From an uncultured Candidatus Rokubacteria bacterium (GTDB taxonomy: Bacteria > Methylomirabilota > Methylomirabilia > Rokubacteriales > CSP1-6), in contig CAVYTA010000005.1 of assembly GCA_963771355.1 (NCBI GenBank), positions 288,001 to 352,000 of the forward strand: 64,000 nt of DNA. Reading direction: 5' to 3'. The position numbers were made by a program, and so were the translations under genes. Below the pieces are notes generated by a model. The model searched no databases, was not told the origin of the DNA, and was given only the letters and a program-made list of their open reading frames with translations. Positions 50,776-61,594 of the stretch are shown piece after piece. Each line of letters begins with the position of its first letter. Within the stretch, counting starts at the first letter, position 1.

Positions 50776-51921
50776 TCAGTGAGTGATGAAGCCGTAGAGC
50801 CGGCCCGCGTTCTCGCAGATCACCTGGCGGCGCGTCGCCTCGGGGAGATGGCCGAGCTCCCGGGCGATGAACTCCTGCGAGTCGGGCCAGATGCCGTCGG
50901 GATGGGGGAAGTCCGAGCCCCACATGATGGTCTCGGGCCCGAGCTCTTCGATGAGGGCGATGCCGATGCGGTCGGTCTGGTAGGTGGCCTTGCACTGCCG
51001 CCGCCAGTAGTCGCTCGGCCGCATCGAGAGCCCGAGATCCTTGAACTGGTCCTCCCACTCGAGGTCCATGCGGTCGAGGATGTAGGGGATCCAGCCGATG
51101 CCGCTCTCGCCGATGACGATCTTGAGCTGGGGATAGCGCTCCAGCACCCCGCCGAAGATCACGCCCATGAGGACATTGGCCATGCCCAGCTGGAATCCGG
51201 TGATGTGGGTGGCGAAGGCGGCGCGGGCCACGCGCGGCGGCAGGCTCGACCAGTCGGGACGCTTGCCGCCGATGGTGTGGAAGTGAACGGGCAGGCCCGC
51301 GGCGTGGGCGGCTCCCCACAGCGGCTCCCAGACCGGATCGTAGAGCGCGGGCATGTCGTGGGAATTGGCCACCTCGATGCCGCGCGCTCCGCCGCGCTTG
51401 GCCACCCGCTCGATCTCGGCTACCGCCGCCTCGACGGAGAGGCTCGGGATGCAGGCCAGCCCCGCGTAGCGCTCGGGATGTGCCCCGCAGAAGTCGGCGA
51501 GCCACTCGTTGTAGATGCGCATCACCTCCGCGGCCGCCTCGGGATCTTGAAGTCGATCGCTGGTGCCGAGAATGCCGTAGAGCACTTCCGCCTGCACTCC
51601 GTCGCGCTCCTGGTCCTTGAGGCGCAGGTGCGGGTCGGTGAGCCGGCGCACCCCGCGGCGCCCGTCGTCGTAGAGCCCGGTGGAGGCCATGCGGTCGGAG
51701 CGGTGGATCTGTCCCGGCACGTACTCGCGGCCGGCCGAGCCCATGCCGTTGACCAGCCCGAACTGCGCGCCCTTCTTCGAGACCCAGATCGGGCCCTTGG
51801 GCCCGTCGGTCACATAGGGCATCCGGTCCCGCATGGCCGCCGACGCGTTCGTGGTGAAGAGATCGGGCGGCAGCCAGATCAGATCGAGATGGCAGTCGGC
51901 GGAGATGACGCGGTAGTCCAT
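50776..51921 (-). CDS. Amidohydrolase_2 family protein
   Basis: ISADCH, VHFH, ESGIGWIP, WGSDFPHPD. Confidence 0.9.
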   Translation of the reverse strand: MDYRVISADCHLDLIWLPPDLFTTNASAAMRDRMPYVTDGPKGPIWVSKKGAQFGLVNGMGSAGREYVPGQIHRSDRMASTGLYDDGRRGVRRLTDPHLRLKDQERDGVQAEVLYGILGTSDRLQDPEAAAEVMRIYNEWLADFCGAHPERYAGLACIPSLSVEAAVAEIERVAKRGGARGIEVANSHDMPALYDPVWEPLWGAAHAAGLPVHFHTIGGKRPDWSSLPPRVARAAFATHITGFQLGMANVLMGVIFGGVLERYPQLKIVIGESGIGWIPYILDRMDLEWEDQFKDLGLSMRPSDYWRRQCKATYQTDRIGIALIEELGPETIMWGSDFPHPDGIWPDSQEFIARELGHLPEATRRQVICENAGRLYGFITH

Positions 51922-51932
51922 GTCGGGTCTCC

Positions 51933-52292
51933 TCACCCTCCGGCGAGCTTGACAGTGTAGGCGCGCGCGCGGAGCCACTCCGCCACGCGCTCGCGATGGT
52001 CGCCCTGGACCTCGATGCGGCCGTCCTTGACGGTGCCGCCGGCGCCGCAGAGGCGCTTGAGCTCCCCGGCGAGGCGCTCGAGCGCGGGCCCCCGCTCGCG
52101 CAGCCCGCGAACGACCGTCACCACCTTGCCCCCCCGCTGACTCCGGTCACGGAAAAGGCGCACCACGCCGTCATCGGGAACGATCGGAGACGACGGCGCC
52201 GACGGCGGGGTGAATCGCGGTGGAGGGGCCGGCGTCCGCGCCGGCCGGGCGCGTCCTCCGTCGGTGGAGTAGACGAGGCGGCTCCGCGTCAT
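51933..52292 (-). CDS. yciH: Translation initiation factor SUI1 homolog YciH
   Basis: LVYSTD, RGGKVVT, LKRLCGAGGTVKDG, EVQGDH. Confidence 0.92.
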   Translation of the reverse strand: MTRSRLVYSTDGGRARPARTPAPPPRFTPPSAPSSPIVPDDGVVRLFRDRSQRGGKVVTVVRGLRERGPALERLAGELKRLCGAGGTVKDGRIEVQGDHRERVAEWLRARAYTVKLAGG

Positions 52293-52354
52293 GGGCGGTA
52301 GTCTAGCAGTATTCTGGTGTAACCTGGGGCCCGGGGAGGAGGGGGACCGCCGAC

Positions 52355-53464
52355 ATGAAAATCAGCGACGTCACGCTCACGCTGTTCTCCTGGGAGGGAA
52401 TTCCGGCCACCCAGTACGGCCGCCACACCGGCACCTTCTCGGGGAAGAGCGAGCTGGGCCTTCTCGCGATCCGCACCGATGATGGGGTGGTGGGCCACGC
52501 CTTCCTGGGCTCCGCGATGCGCGGCGCGCGCTTCGACGGCGAGTCGCTGATCCACTACCTCAAGCCGGTGGTGATGGGGCAGGATCCTCTCGAGCGCGAG
52601 CGGCTCTGGCAAGCGCTCTGGCAGAAGAATCGGAACACCACCCTGCGCGCCATCGGCGCGGTGGACATCGCGCTCTGGGATATTGCCGGAAAAGTAGCCG
52701 GCCTGCCCATTCACCGGCTGCTCGGCTCCTACCGCGACCAGATTCCCGCCTACGCGAGCTCCGCGGTGCTGGCCTCGCCCGAGGCGTATGCGGAGGAGGC
52801 CGCCCACTTCAAGGCGACAGGCTGGCGCGCCTACAAGATCCATCCGCCCACCGACCCCGTCAAGGACATCGCCGTCTGCCGCGCGGTGCGGAAGGCGGTG
52901 GGCGACGATTTCACCGTGATGCTCGACTCGACCTGGGCCTACCAGTACCCGGAGGCCCTGCGAGTGGGGAAGGCCATCGAGGAGCTGGGCTTTCACTGGT
53001 ACGAGGATCCCCTCGCGGACGACGACCTCTACAACTATGTGAAGCTCAAGCAGCAGCTCACCATCCCCATCCTCGCCACCGAATACGCCCCGGGCGGCTT
53101 CACCGCGCTCGTGCCCTGGCTCACCGAGCGGGCCACCGACTATCTGCGCGGCGACCCCGCGGTGAAGGGCGGGATCACCCCGCTGGTCAAGACCGCCCAC
53201 CTCGCGGAGGCGTTCCACATGAACTTCGAGGTGCATCACGGCGGCAACTCGCTCAACAACGTGGCCAACCTTCACGTGATCATGGCCATCCGCAATACCG
53301 AGTTCTTCGAGGTGCTGCTGCCGGCGGGCGCGCAGAAGTTCGGATTGGTGGACGACATCGAGGTGGACGGGAACGGGCTGGTGCACGCGCTGAACGCCCC
53401 CGGCCTCGGCGCCACCATCGACTTCGCCCGCATCGACCGGCAGAAAATCGCAGTGCTGGGCTAG
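52355..53464 (+). CDS. Mandelate racemase/muconate lactonizing enzyme family protein
   Basis: [25 protein letters not shown]. Confidence 0.9.
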   Translation: MKISDVTLTLFSWEGIPATQYGRHTGTFSGKSELGLLAIRTDDGVVGHAFLGSAMRGARFDGESLIHYLKPVVMGQDPLERERLWQALWQKNRNTTLRAIGAVDIALWDIAGKVAGLPIHRLLGSYRDQIPAYASSAVLASPEAYAEEAAHFKATGWRAYKIHPPTDPVKDIAVCRAVRKAVGDDFTVMLDSTWAYQYPEALRVGKAIEELGFHWYEDPLADDDLYNYVKLKQQLTIPILATEYAPGGFTALVPWLTERATDYLRGDPAVKGGITPLVKTAHLAEAFHMNFEVHHGGNSLNNVANLHVIMAIRNTEFFEVLLPAGAQKFGLVDDIEVDGNGLVHALNAPGLGATIDFARIDRQKIAVLG

Positions 53465-53493
53465 CAGTGCCGAGCTAGAGGAGGAGAGCGACC

Positions 53494-54369
53494 ATGCGCG
53501 GAGGCAACTTCGACCGGAGCGCCCAGGACGTCGGCAATATCGTCTTTCTCGAGCACGTCAACGTGCGCGTGCCCGACCAGGTGATCGCCACCCGCTTCTA
53601 CATCGCGGGGCTCGGCCTCACGCGCGATCCCTACCTCATGGTGAGCACGGAGAACATGTGGGCCAATGCCGGGCAGTCGCAGTTCCACCTGCCCACCGGC
53701 GCGCCCAACGTGCTGCCGGGTCACGTGGAGCTGGTGGTGCCGGACCTGGGCGCCCTGCGCGAGCGGCTGGAGGAGGTCCGCAGCAAGCTGGCCGGCACCG
53801 AGTTCGCCTTCGCGAACGAGGACAAGCACGTCCGCGTCACCTGCCCGTGGGGCAATACGTTCCGCTGCTTCGCCCCCGCGCCCGAGTTCGGCGACGTCAC
53901 CCTCGGCCTGGCCCGGGTGGAAGTGCCGGTGCGTCCCGGCACCGCTGCCGGCATCGCCCGCTTCTACCAAACGGTTTTCTCCGCCCCCGGGGCGGTCACC
54001 GGCAACGGCGGCAGCGCCGCGGCTCGTATCCGCATCGGCCAGCTCCGCCAGGAGCTGGTGTTCCGCGAGACGGCGGGGGACATCCGCCCCTTCGATGGCC
54101 ATCACATCGCCGTGTACATCGCCGACTTCTCGGGGCCGCACGGCCGCCTCAAGGAGCGCGGGCTCGTCTCCGAGGAGAGCAGCGACATCCAGTATCGCTT
54201 CCAGGAGATCGTGGATCTGGACTCCGGCGCCCCGCTCGCCACTCTCGAGCACGAGGTGCGCTGCCTCACCCATCCGATGTATTTCCGACCGCTGATCAAC
54301 CGCAATCCCGGCCAGCGCCAGCCCACCTATGCCCGGGGCCGCGACGCCTTCTATCCCGGGTTGAGCTGA
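53494..54369 (+). CDS. Hypothetical VOC/glyoxalase-like protein
   Basis: LEHVN…FY…GLGL, QFHLP, CPWGN; SD GAGGAG. Confidence 0.7.
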   Translation: MRGGNFDRSAQDVGNIVFLEHVNVRVPDQVIATRFYIAGLGLTRDPYLMVSTENMWANAGQSQFHLPTGAPNVLPGHVELVVPDLGALRERLEEVRSKLAGTEFAFANEDKHVRVTCPWGNTFRCFAPAPEFGDVTLGLARVEVPVRPGTAAGIARFYQTVFSAPGAVTGNGGSAAARIRIGQLRQELVFRETAGDIRPFDGHHIAVYIADFSGPHGRLKERGLVSEESSDIQYRFQEIVDLDSGAPLATLEHEVRCLTHPMYFRPLINRNPGQRQPTYARGRDAFYPGLS

Positions 54370-54398
54370 GCGTTCCAAGAAAGGACCAGAAAAGACCC

Positions 54399-55079
54399 AT
54401 GATGCGTATCGTTCTCACCTGCGCGCTGGCCCTCGTGCTCGCCCTGCCGACGGGCGCGCGCGCCGCCGCGCCCGAGCTGAAGACCGAGGAGCAGAAGACC
54501 CTCTATACCCTGGGACTCCTGATCAGCCGCAGCCTGGGCGCCTTCAGCTTGAGCGAGGCCGAGCTGGCGCTGGTCCAGGCGGGGGTGGCGGATGGGGTGC
54601 TGAAGAAAGAGCAGAAGCTGGACGTCCAGGTCTATGGTCCCAAGGTGAAGGAGCTGCAGGAGGCGCGCCTCGCCGCATCGTCCGTGACCGAGAAGAAGGT
54701 GGGGCAGACGTATCTCGACAAGGCGGCGGCGGAGAAGGGTGCCGTCCGCACTCCCTCCGGCCTCATCGTCACCACCGTCAAGCCGGGCACGGGCGCGTCC
54801 CCGAAGCCCACCGATACCGTGAAGGTGCACTATCACGGCACCCTCACCGACGGCACCGTGTTCGACAGCAGCGTGCAACGCAAGGAGCCCGCCTCGTTCC
54901 CGCTGAATCAGGTGATCCCGTGCTGGACCGAGGGCGTGCAGACCATGAAGGTGGGCGGCAAGAGCCGGTTCGTCTGCCCGTCCACCATCGCCTACGGCGA
55001 CCGCGGCGCCCCGCCCACGATCAAGCCCGGCGCCACCCTCGTCTTCGAGGTGGAGCTGCTCGAGATCGTCAAGCCCTAG
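54399..55079 (+). CDS. FKBP-type peptidyl-prolyl isomerase (FkpA/Mip-like)
   Basis: Signal peptide; [32 protein letters not shown]. Confidence 0.93.
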   Translation: MMRIVLTCALALVLALPTGARAAAPELKTEEQKTLYTLGLLISRSLGAFSLSEAELALVQAGVADGVLKKEQKLDVQVYGPKVKELQEARLAASSVTEKKVGQTYLDKAAAEKGAVRTPSGLIVTTVKPGTGASPKPTDTVKVHYHGTLTDGTVFDSSVQRKEPASFPLNQVIPCWTEGVQTMKVGGKSRFVCPSTIAYGDRGAPPTIKPGATLVFEVELLEIVKP

Positions 55080-55104
55080 TGCCGGGCGGCAGGGCAAGCG
55101 CGTA

Positions 55105-55944
55105 GTGCCCGAGCTGCCCGAGGTGGAGGCGGCCCGCGCGCTCATCCAGCGTGTGGCCCGCGGCCGCCGCATCACGTCGGTGCAATGCGCGCCCGACCCC
55201 ATCGTCTTCGAGGGCGTGAGCCCGGCGCGCTTCGCCCGCGCGCTGCGGGGGCGGCGCGTGACGGCGGTGCGGCGGCACGGCAAGCACCTCTGGCTCGAGC
55301 TGGACCGCCGGCCCTGGCCCATCTTCCACTTCGGGATGACGGGCGGCTTCCATGCTCCCGCCGGCGGCGGTGTGCGCCTGATCGCCCACGGACGCCGCGA
55401 CCCCGCCGCGCAGTGGCCGCCGCGCTTCACCAAGCTGCATCTCACCTTCGAGGGCGGCGGCGAGCTCGCCCTGGCCGACGGCCGGCGGCTGGGGCGCATC
55501 CGCCTGCGCGAGGATCCGCGCGCGGAGTCGCCCATCAGCCTGCTCGGCTGGGACGCCCACCGGGAGCTTCCGCCGCCGGCGAAGTTCCGGGCCATGCTCC
55601 GCGCGCGGCGCGCGCCCATCAAGGCGGTGCTGCTCGATCAGGGATTCGCGGCGGGGGTGGGGAACTGGATCGCCGATGAGGTGCTCTACCAGGCGCGCAT
55701 CGCCCCGTCGCGGCGCGCCCATACCCTGACCGCCGCCGAGGCCGGGCGCGTGCGCGCGTCCTTGCGATCAATCGTCGCCACCGCGGTGGCGGCGCGCTCG
55801 GACCACGCGCGCTTTCCGCGCGGCTGGCTCTTCCATCACCGCTGGGGACGGAACGCCGAGGCCCGCACCGCGCGCGGCGAGAGGATCCGGCACATCACCG
55901 TGGGCGGGCGCACCACCGCCTGGGTACCTACCGTGCAGCGCTGA
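55105..55944 (+). CDS. Fpg/Nei family DNA glycosylase lacking the Cys4 zinc finger
   Basis: PELPEV, HFGMTG, LLDQ…AGVGNWIADE, GGRTT; no C-terminal Cys. Confidence 0.9.
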   Translation: MPELPEVEAARALIQRVARGRRITSVQCAPDPIVFEGVSPARFARALRGRRVTAVRRHGKHLWLELDRRPWPIFHFGMTGGFHAPAGGGVRLIAHGRRDPAAQWPPRFTKLHLTFEGGGELALADGRRLGRIRLREDPRAESPISLLGWDAHRELPPPAKFRAMLRARRAPIKAVLLDQGFAAGVGNWIADEVLYQARIAPSRRAHTLTAAEAGRVRASLRSIVATAVAARSDHARFPRGWLFHHRWGRNAEARTARGERIRHITVGGRTTAWVPTVQR

Positions 55945-57183
55945 ATGTTCTTCGGCTGGGTGGTCGTCCTCGTCGCGTTCGCGATCGCCACCTTCGGCTG
56001 GGGGCTCGGCTTCTACGGCCTCGGGATCTACCTCGTCGAGCTGCACCGGCAGCACGGCTGGCCCATCGCCTTCATCTCCTCCGCCATCACCGGCTACTAC
56101 ATCGTGGGCGGCGTGCTGGTGATGTACCTGAGCGACTTCTTCGCGCGCTGGGGTCCGCGGCGCACCGTGCTCGTCGCGGTGGGCGCGATGGGGGTGGGCG
56201 TGCTCGGCGTGGCGGCCGCGACCCGTCCCTGGCAGCTCTACCTCGCGCTGGGCGCGATGGCGGTGGGCTGGGCGGGGATGAGCGGCGCCGCCGTCAACGC
56301 CATCGTCGCGCCCTGGTTCGAGCGCAAGCGCGGGATGGCGGTGAGCCTGGCCATGAACGGCGCCAGCGCGGGTGGGGTGCTGCTGGTGCCGCTCTGGACC
56401 GTGCTCATCGCCCGCCTGGGCTTCGCCCACGCGGCGCTCGTGGTGGTGGGCCTGATGCTGGCGCTGCTGTGGCCCTTTGTCGCGGTGTGCCTGCACCGGG
56501 GGCCGGAGGCCATCGGGCTCGGCCCGGATGGGATCGCCGCTTCCGCCGGGCGCGCCGGGAGCGGCGCACCCGCTCCTCGCGCCGCGATGGCGCCGCTTTC
56601 ACGCGCCGCGCTGCTGCGCTCCCTTCACTTCTGGTCGGTGTCGGGGACGTTTGCCTTCGCCCTGCTCGCGCAGGTGGGCTTTCTCACTCATCAGCTCACC
56701 TTCCTCAACCCGGCGCTGGGCCTGGAGCGGGCCGCGCTCGCGGTGAGCTTGACCACCATCGCGGCCATCGTGGGCCGGGTGGGCACCGGCTTCTTCATCG
56801 ATCGAATCGATCGCCGCGTCGCCACCGCGTGCAATCTCGCCGTCCAGGCGGCGGCGCTGGCGCTGATGCTGGTGTGGCCGTCGCCGGCCATGCTCTTCAT
56901 CGGCAGCGCGCTCTACGGCCTCGGGGTGGGCAACATGGTGACCTTCCCCTCGCTGATCGTGCAGGTGGAGTTTCCGCGGGAGTCCTTCAACCAGGTGGTG
57001 GGGCTGGTGCTCGCCGTCAACCAGTTCACCTTCGCCTTCGGACCCGGGATCCTCGGCTGGGCGCGGGACCGCTGGGGCTCCTACGATGCGGCGCTGCTCA
57101 TCTGCATCGCCTGGGAGCTGGCCGCCGCGGCGGTGGTGTTGCTGGGCATGCGCGGGGCGCGGCGGGCGGCGTCCTACTGCTGA
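55945..57183 (+). CDS. MFS transporter
   Basis: About 12 TM segments; WFERKRGMA, IDRIDRR. Confidence 0.88.
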   Translation: MFFGWVVVLVAFAIATFGWGLGFYGLGIYLVELHRQHGWPIAFISSAITGYYIVGGVLVMYLSDFFARWGPRRTVLVAVGAMGVGVLGVAAATRPWQLYLALGAMAVGWAGMSGAAVNAIVAPWFERKRGMAVSLAMNGASAGGVLLVPLWTVLIARLGFAHAALVVVGLMLALLWPFVAVCLHRGPEAIGLGPDGIAASAGRAGSGAPAPRAAMAPLSRAALLRSLHFWSVSGTFAFALLAQVGFLTHQLTFLNPALGLERAALAVSLTTIAAIVGRVGTGFFIDRIDRRVATACNLAVQAAALALMLVWPSPAMLFIGSALYGLGVGNMVTFPSLIVQVEFPRESFNQVVGLVLAVNQFTFAFGPGILGWARDRWGSYDAALLICIAWELAAAAVVLLGMRGARRAASYC

Positions 57184-58102
57184 TGCGCGAGCGGGGCGCC
57201 CGCCACCGGACACCGCGCGTGGAGCACGTAATCCTTCCGCACGCTGCCGATGTAGAGATCGCGAAGATCGGGCCCGCCCCAGGTGACGTTCGTCGGCCAG
57301 TCCATCAGGTCGCCGGTGGGATCGTGGATGATGACCTCGACCTTGCCCGCGGGTGTGATGGCGATGACCTTGTTGGCCATCACCAGGGTTACCCAGAGAT
57401 TGCCCTCCTGGTCGAAGCCGCAGCCGTCGGTGGCCCCGAAGGTGGCGCGCTGCTCGAGAGTGGGATCGGGGATGGCGCGCTCGCCGAGCAAGGGCCCGTA
57501 GCGCTCGCGCACTCCCAGCGTGCCGTCGCGGCGGATGGGGAGCCGCACCACGTCCTGGCCCATGGTCTGGCAGACGTAGAGGTGCGACTCGTCGGGGTCC
57601 ATGGCGAGGCCATTGGTGAAGTGAAAGCCCTCGGCCACGAGCTGCGCGCGGCCGTCGGGGCTCACGCGATAGACGAAGCCGTCGCCCGAGCCCGCCGCGG
57701 CCCCCGCGCGGTCCCAGGTGGAGTGGCTGCACCAGACATTGCCCGCTCGGTCGACGAGGGGATAGTTCGAGGCCTTGAGCGGGCGGCCGTTCAGCTCACC
57801 GCAGAGCGCCTCGATCGCGCCAGTGTGGGGATCCAGGCGCTGGAGTCCTCCGGGGTCGGGCGTATCGAGGGCGAAGTTGGCGATGAGGATTCGGCCCTCG
57901 ACGATCCATGTTGATGCCGTTGGGGCGGCCGCCCGCCTTGCCCACGCGACGGAGGGTGCCGTCGGCGAGGATCTCGGCGCAGGCGCTCGCCTCGTCCGAA
58001 GCCCAGACGTGCCCGTCGCGGCTCACCACCACGTCCTCGGGACGCTTGAGGCCCACGCCTCGCTTCGTCAAGGCGGAGAGGGGGATCGGTCGTCAGCGGC
58101 AT
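57174..58102 (-). CDS. SMP-30/gluconolactonase/LRE family protein (frameshifts near 58090 and 57900)
   Basis: RPED, RPNG, FTNGLA, TDGCGFDQEGNLWV, PTNVTWGG across three frames. Confidence 0.8.
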
Positions 58103-58103
58103 G

Positions 58104-59435
58104 TCATCGGCCCTCGTAGACTTCGCGCCGCGCCATGCCGCGCTGAAGCTCCAGATAGCCTTCGCGGGTGAGCGGGCGCTTCGCGTTCCCGAGCACCTCG
58201 CGCGCGCCGGCGGCGCCGTCGGCGAGCATGTCCACCACCATGCCGGCGAGCGCCTTGGCCTGGCCCACATAGGCGAGGTCCGGATCCGCGATGCGGTAGT
58301 CCACCGCGTGGCCGTGACCCGAGGCCCCGCCCATGTAGGGATGCAGGCAGGGGATGACCTGGCTCAGATCGCCCATGTCGGTGGAGCCGGTGCGATGCCC
58401 CAGCTCGATGACATTCGACTCGCCCCACAGCGCCACCGCGGAGTCGCGGAAGTAGCGCGCCATGGTCGGGTCGCAGTCGAGCGGCAGATAGCCGGGGAAG
58501 GTCTCGATCTCCACGGTGGCGCCCAGCGCGAGCGCGCCCGCGCGCAGCGCGCGGTCCACCTTGGCGTTGGCCTCGATGATGGCGGGCAGGGTGCGTCCGC
58601 GCACATAGGTCTCGATGCGCGCCTCCGCCGGGATCACGTTCACCTGGGAGCCGCCCGCGGTGAGGATGGGATGGACGCGAATGGTGTCCTCGTCACGGAA
58701 CGTCTCGCGTAGCGCGTTGATGGCCATGAGGCCGATATTGGCGGCATAGAGCGCGTTGATCCCCAGGTGCGGCGCCCCGCCGGCGTGCGCGGCGCGGCCG
58801 ATATAGCGCGCCAGCTTGCCGACCCGGCCGTTGTTCGACAGGGGCACGCTGGCCTTGCCGTCCTCCGCGCGCGGGGTGAGGTGGATCATCATGGCCAGGT
58901 CCACGTCGTCGAAGTGACCGAGCCGCAGCAGCTCCGCCTTGCCGCCCAGCAGCTCGAGGCGTCCCGCCTTGACCTGGCTCACGCGCCACTCGAGATCGCC
59001 GCCTTCCTCCGCGGGCACGGCGAAGAAGGTAGCGCGCCCGGCGAGATGCTCGAACGCCTTGGCATCGAGCAGGCCCATGGCCGCGCCCAGCATCGCGGCT
59101 ACCTGCGCGTTGTGGCCGCAGGCATGGGCCGCGCCGGTCTGAGGATCGGCGTCGGGATGGCCCGGCACGCGGAGCCCGTCCAGCTCGCCCAGCACCGCGA
59201 AGGTGGGCCCCGGTCCCTGGGCGCCGGACACGTCCGCGCGCACCCCGGTGAAGGCCAGGCCCGTGCGCGGAGACAATCCGAGGCCGCGCATCGTGTCCTC
59301 GACGAGCCGCGCGGTCTTGACTTCCTTGAAGCCCAGCTCGGGATTCGTCCGGATGCGCTCGCCGATGGCGATGATCTCGGGCGCGCGACGGTCGATGGCC
59401 TCGAGGATGCGGGCCTTGAGCTGGTCGCGGGTCAT
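58104..59435 (-). CDS. M20 family amidohydrolase
   Basis: PELGFKE, ELDGL, HACGHN, PAEE, GSTDMGD. Confidence 0.9.
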   Translation of the reverse strand: MTRDQLKARILEAIDRRAPEIIAIGERIRTNPELGFKEVKTARLVEDTMRGLGLSPRTGLAFTGVRADVSGAQGPGPTFAVLGELDGLRVPGHPDADPQTGAAHACGHNAQVAAMLGAAMGLLDAKAFEHLAGRATFFAVPAEEGGDLEWRVSQVKAGRLELLGGKAELLRLGHFDDVDLAMMIHLTPRAEDGKASVPLSNNGRVGKLARYIGRAAHAGGAPHLGINALYAANIGLMAINALRETFRDEDTIRVHPILTAGGSQVNVIPAEARIETYVRGRTLPAIIEANAKVDRALRAGALALGATVEIETFPGYLPLDCDPTMARYFRDSAVALWGESNVIELGHRTGSTDMGDLSQVIPCLHPYMGGASGHGHAVDYRIADPDLAYVGQAKALAGMVVDMLADGAAGAREVLGNAKRPLTREGYLELQRGMARREVYEGR

Positions 59436-59458
59436 GGGATCTCCGTGCTCACCGGCGT

Positions 59459-59499
59459 GTTATAGCACGCTTGACGCGCGCGCGCGGGACCGCTACTGT
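59459..59499. promoter_or_regulatory. Divergent sigma70-type promoters
   Basis: Plus strand TTGACG-17-TACTGT (59471-59499); minus strand TGcTATAAC (59467-59459). Confidence 0.5.
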
Positions 59500-59553
59500 C
59501 GCTCCGTCATTGCCTCGTGACCGCGTCGCCCACCTTCACCCGAGGAGCCACCC

Positions 59554-60456
59554 ATGGCCGACTCGAAGCTGCCGACTCAGGACCGCGTCGAAGCCTATTT
59601 CAAGGAGCTGAACAACTGGGGCCGCTGGGGACATGACGACCAGAAGGGCACGGTGAATCTGATCACGCCCGCCAAGCAGGCGCAGGCCCAGACCCTCATC
59701 AAGAAGGGCCGTACGGTGTCGCTCGCGCGGGACATCGGGCCCCAGCCCGTCCTCATGTATCACGCGACCTTCCCCTCGAAGCGCGAGCGCGTGGACGTGG
59801 TGCTGGACCGCTTCGACCTCGTCTATCACGGCTTCACCATCACCCACATCGACGCGCTCTGTCACGTGGCCTGGGACGGCGAGCTCTACAATGGGCGGCC
59901 TTTCGGGGACAGCCTGAGCGCGGCCGGCGCCACCTGGTGCCCCATCGACCCGCTCTTCGACGGCATCACCACCCGCGGCGTCTTTCTCGACGTGGCGGCG
60001 GGACGCAAGGAAGGCTATGTGAAGGCCGGCGAGCCGGTGACGCCGAAGGAGCTGGACGCGGTGGCCGCGCGCGCGGGAGTGAAGGTGCAGCCGGGGGACG
60101 TGGTGGTGGTGCGCAGCGGCAACGAGGCGTTTCTCACGGCGCATCCGAACTTCGTGTTCCGCGTGGACCCGCATCCGGGGCTGCACCTGTCCTGCCTCGA
60201 GTGGTTTCGTGAGAAGGATATTGCGGCTATCTCGTGGGACATGATGGACGAGCGCCCCAGCGGCTATGGCGGCTTCGGCATGAGCACGCATCTGGCCATC
60301 CCCTTCCTGGGGCTGGCCCTGGTGGACAATACCTATCCCGAGCGGCTCGCCAAGGTCTGCGCGGAGGAGGGACGGAACGAGTTCCTCTTCACCGCCACGC
60401 CGCTGCGGCTCATGGGCAGCACGGGCGCGCCCGCGCATCCCATCGCCATCTTCTGA
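59554..60456 (+). CDS. Cyclase family (kynurenine formamidase-like) metal hydrolase
   Basis: NNWGRWG…GTVN, YHGFTITHIDALCH. Confidence 0.9.
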   Translation: MADSKLPTQDRVEAYFKELNNWGRWGHDDQKGTVNLITPAKQAQAQTLIKKGRTVSLARDIGPQPVLMYHATFPSKRERVDVVLDRFDLVYHGFTITHIDALCHVAWDGELYNGRPFGDSLSAAGATWCPIDPLFDGITTRGVFLDVAAGRKEGYVKAGEPVTPKELDAVAARAGVKVQPGDVVVVRSGNEAFLTAHPNFVFRVDPHPGLHLSCLEWFREKDIAAISWDMMDERPSGYGGFGMSTHLAIPFLGLALVDNTYPERLAKVCAEEGRNEFLFTATPLRLMGSTGAPAHPIAIF

Positions 60457-60467
60457 GGAGACCGAGC

Positions 60468-61185
60468 ATGGACCGCAGCAAGAGCGTGGTGACGCCGGAG
60501 CGCTTCAAGTCCGGCCGGACCTTCGAGCAATACCTCGCCTACATCGGCACGCCGGAGAATCTCGCGCGCGAGGGCACCGGCGGCTCGAAGCGCCCGGACC
60601 ACTCGGCGGTGATGCGGGAGTGGTACGAGGGCAGCCGCCTCACCGACGCCCAGGCGGCGGCGTGGAAGTGGCTGGCCGCCCAGCCGGGCGGGCCGGCCAA
60701 GATCCTCGTGCTGTCGGAGGACTGGTCGTCCGATTGCCGGCGCGACGTGCCCATGCTGGCGCGGGTGGCCGAGGCCAGCGGCATGGAGCTGCGCATCTTC
60801 GACCGCGACGGGCAGAAGTTCGGCAAGACGGCCGATCCCCTGAGCGAGCCCGATCACGGGAAGAACGCGGACATCATGGCGGAGTTCATGAACGAGAAGA
60901 ACGGCGGCCGCTGGCAGTCCATCCCGGTGGTCGTGTTCTACGACAAGGATCAGCGGTACCTCTACCACTACACGGAGCTCCCGGCGATCTATCACAAGGA
61001 CCGCGTGGTGACGGAGAAGATCCGTGCCCCGCGCCCCGGCGAGACGCCCGGCGCAGACCGCGGAGCGCGCGGGGCGGGAGTTCGGCGCCTTCCAGAAGGC
61101 GCCCTTCTTCCGCCTGTGGGCGGGAGCGGGAATCGACGAGATGGCGAGCGCATTACACGAACGTCTGGTCATGGGGAGCCGATGA
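60468..61185 (+). CDS. Thioredoxin-fold protein with an SxxC motif (frameshift near 61050)
   Basis: EDWSSDC, QSIPVVVF; alternate frame continues AQTAERAGREFGAFQKAPFFRLW…LVMGSR to TGA 61183-61185. Confidence 0.7.
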
Positions 61186-61586
61186 TGCCCGAGAGCGAAG
61201 CCTACAAGAAGGGGCGCGAGATGCGGCGGAAGCTGCTCGGCGACGCCTATGTCGAGCGCGTGAACAAGAACACCTACGGCGACCAGATGATGACCCAGTT
61301 CATCGACCTCGCCCAGGAGAGCGTGTTCGGCACCATCTGGACACGCCCGGGGCTGGACCTGAAGACCCGGACCCTCGTCACCGTGGTGTCCGACGCCGCC
61401 ACCGGGCGCGAGCCCGAGCTCGCCATTCACCTGCGGATGGCGCTGCGCCAGGGCTGGACGGAGACCGAGCTGACCGAGACGCTCCTGCACCTGATGGGCT
61501 ACGTGGGCGCCCCGCTGGTGCGGGACGCCATGCTCGTGGCCCGCCAGACCTTCGCCGAGGTGAAGAAGGAAGCGGCGGGCGGCTAG
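61182..61586 (+). CDS. Carboxymuconolactone decarboxylase family protein
   Basis: GREMRRKLLG, FGTIWTRPGL, ELAIHL, YVGAP. Confidence 0.88.
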   Translation: MMPESEAYKKGREMRRKLLGDAYVERVNKNTYGDQMMTQFIDLAQESVFGTIWTRPGLDLKTRTLVTVVSDAATGREPELAIHLRMALRQGWTETELTETLLHLMGYVGAPLVRDAMLVARQTFAEVKKEAAGG

Positions 61587-61594
61587 GGGGAGCG

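Noticed and set aside
48863..51505. 880-aa ORF as a fusion protein
   Set aside because: Only the last ~347 aa (TauD) are protein-like; the rest is an off-frame reading of the LLM and amidohydrolase genes
60720..60740. Selenocysteine in the thioredoxin motif
   Set aside because: Codons are TCG/TCC (Ser), not TGA
60234..61586. Thioredoxin-CMD fusion (450 aa)
   Set aside because: Better explained by one frameshift near 61050; the alternate frame gives a natural stop overlapping the CMD start
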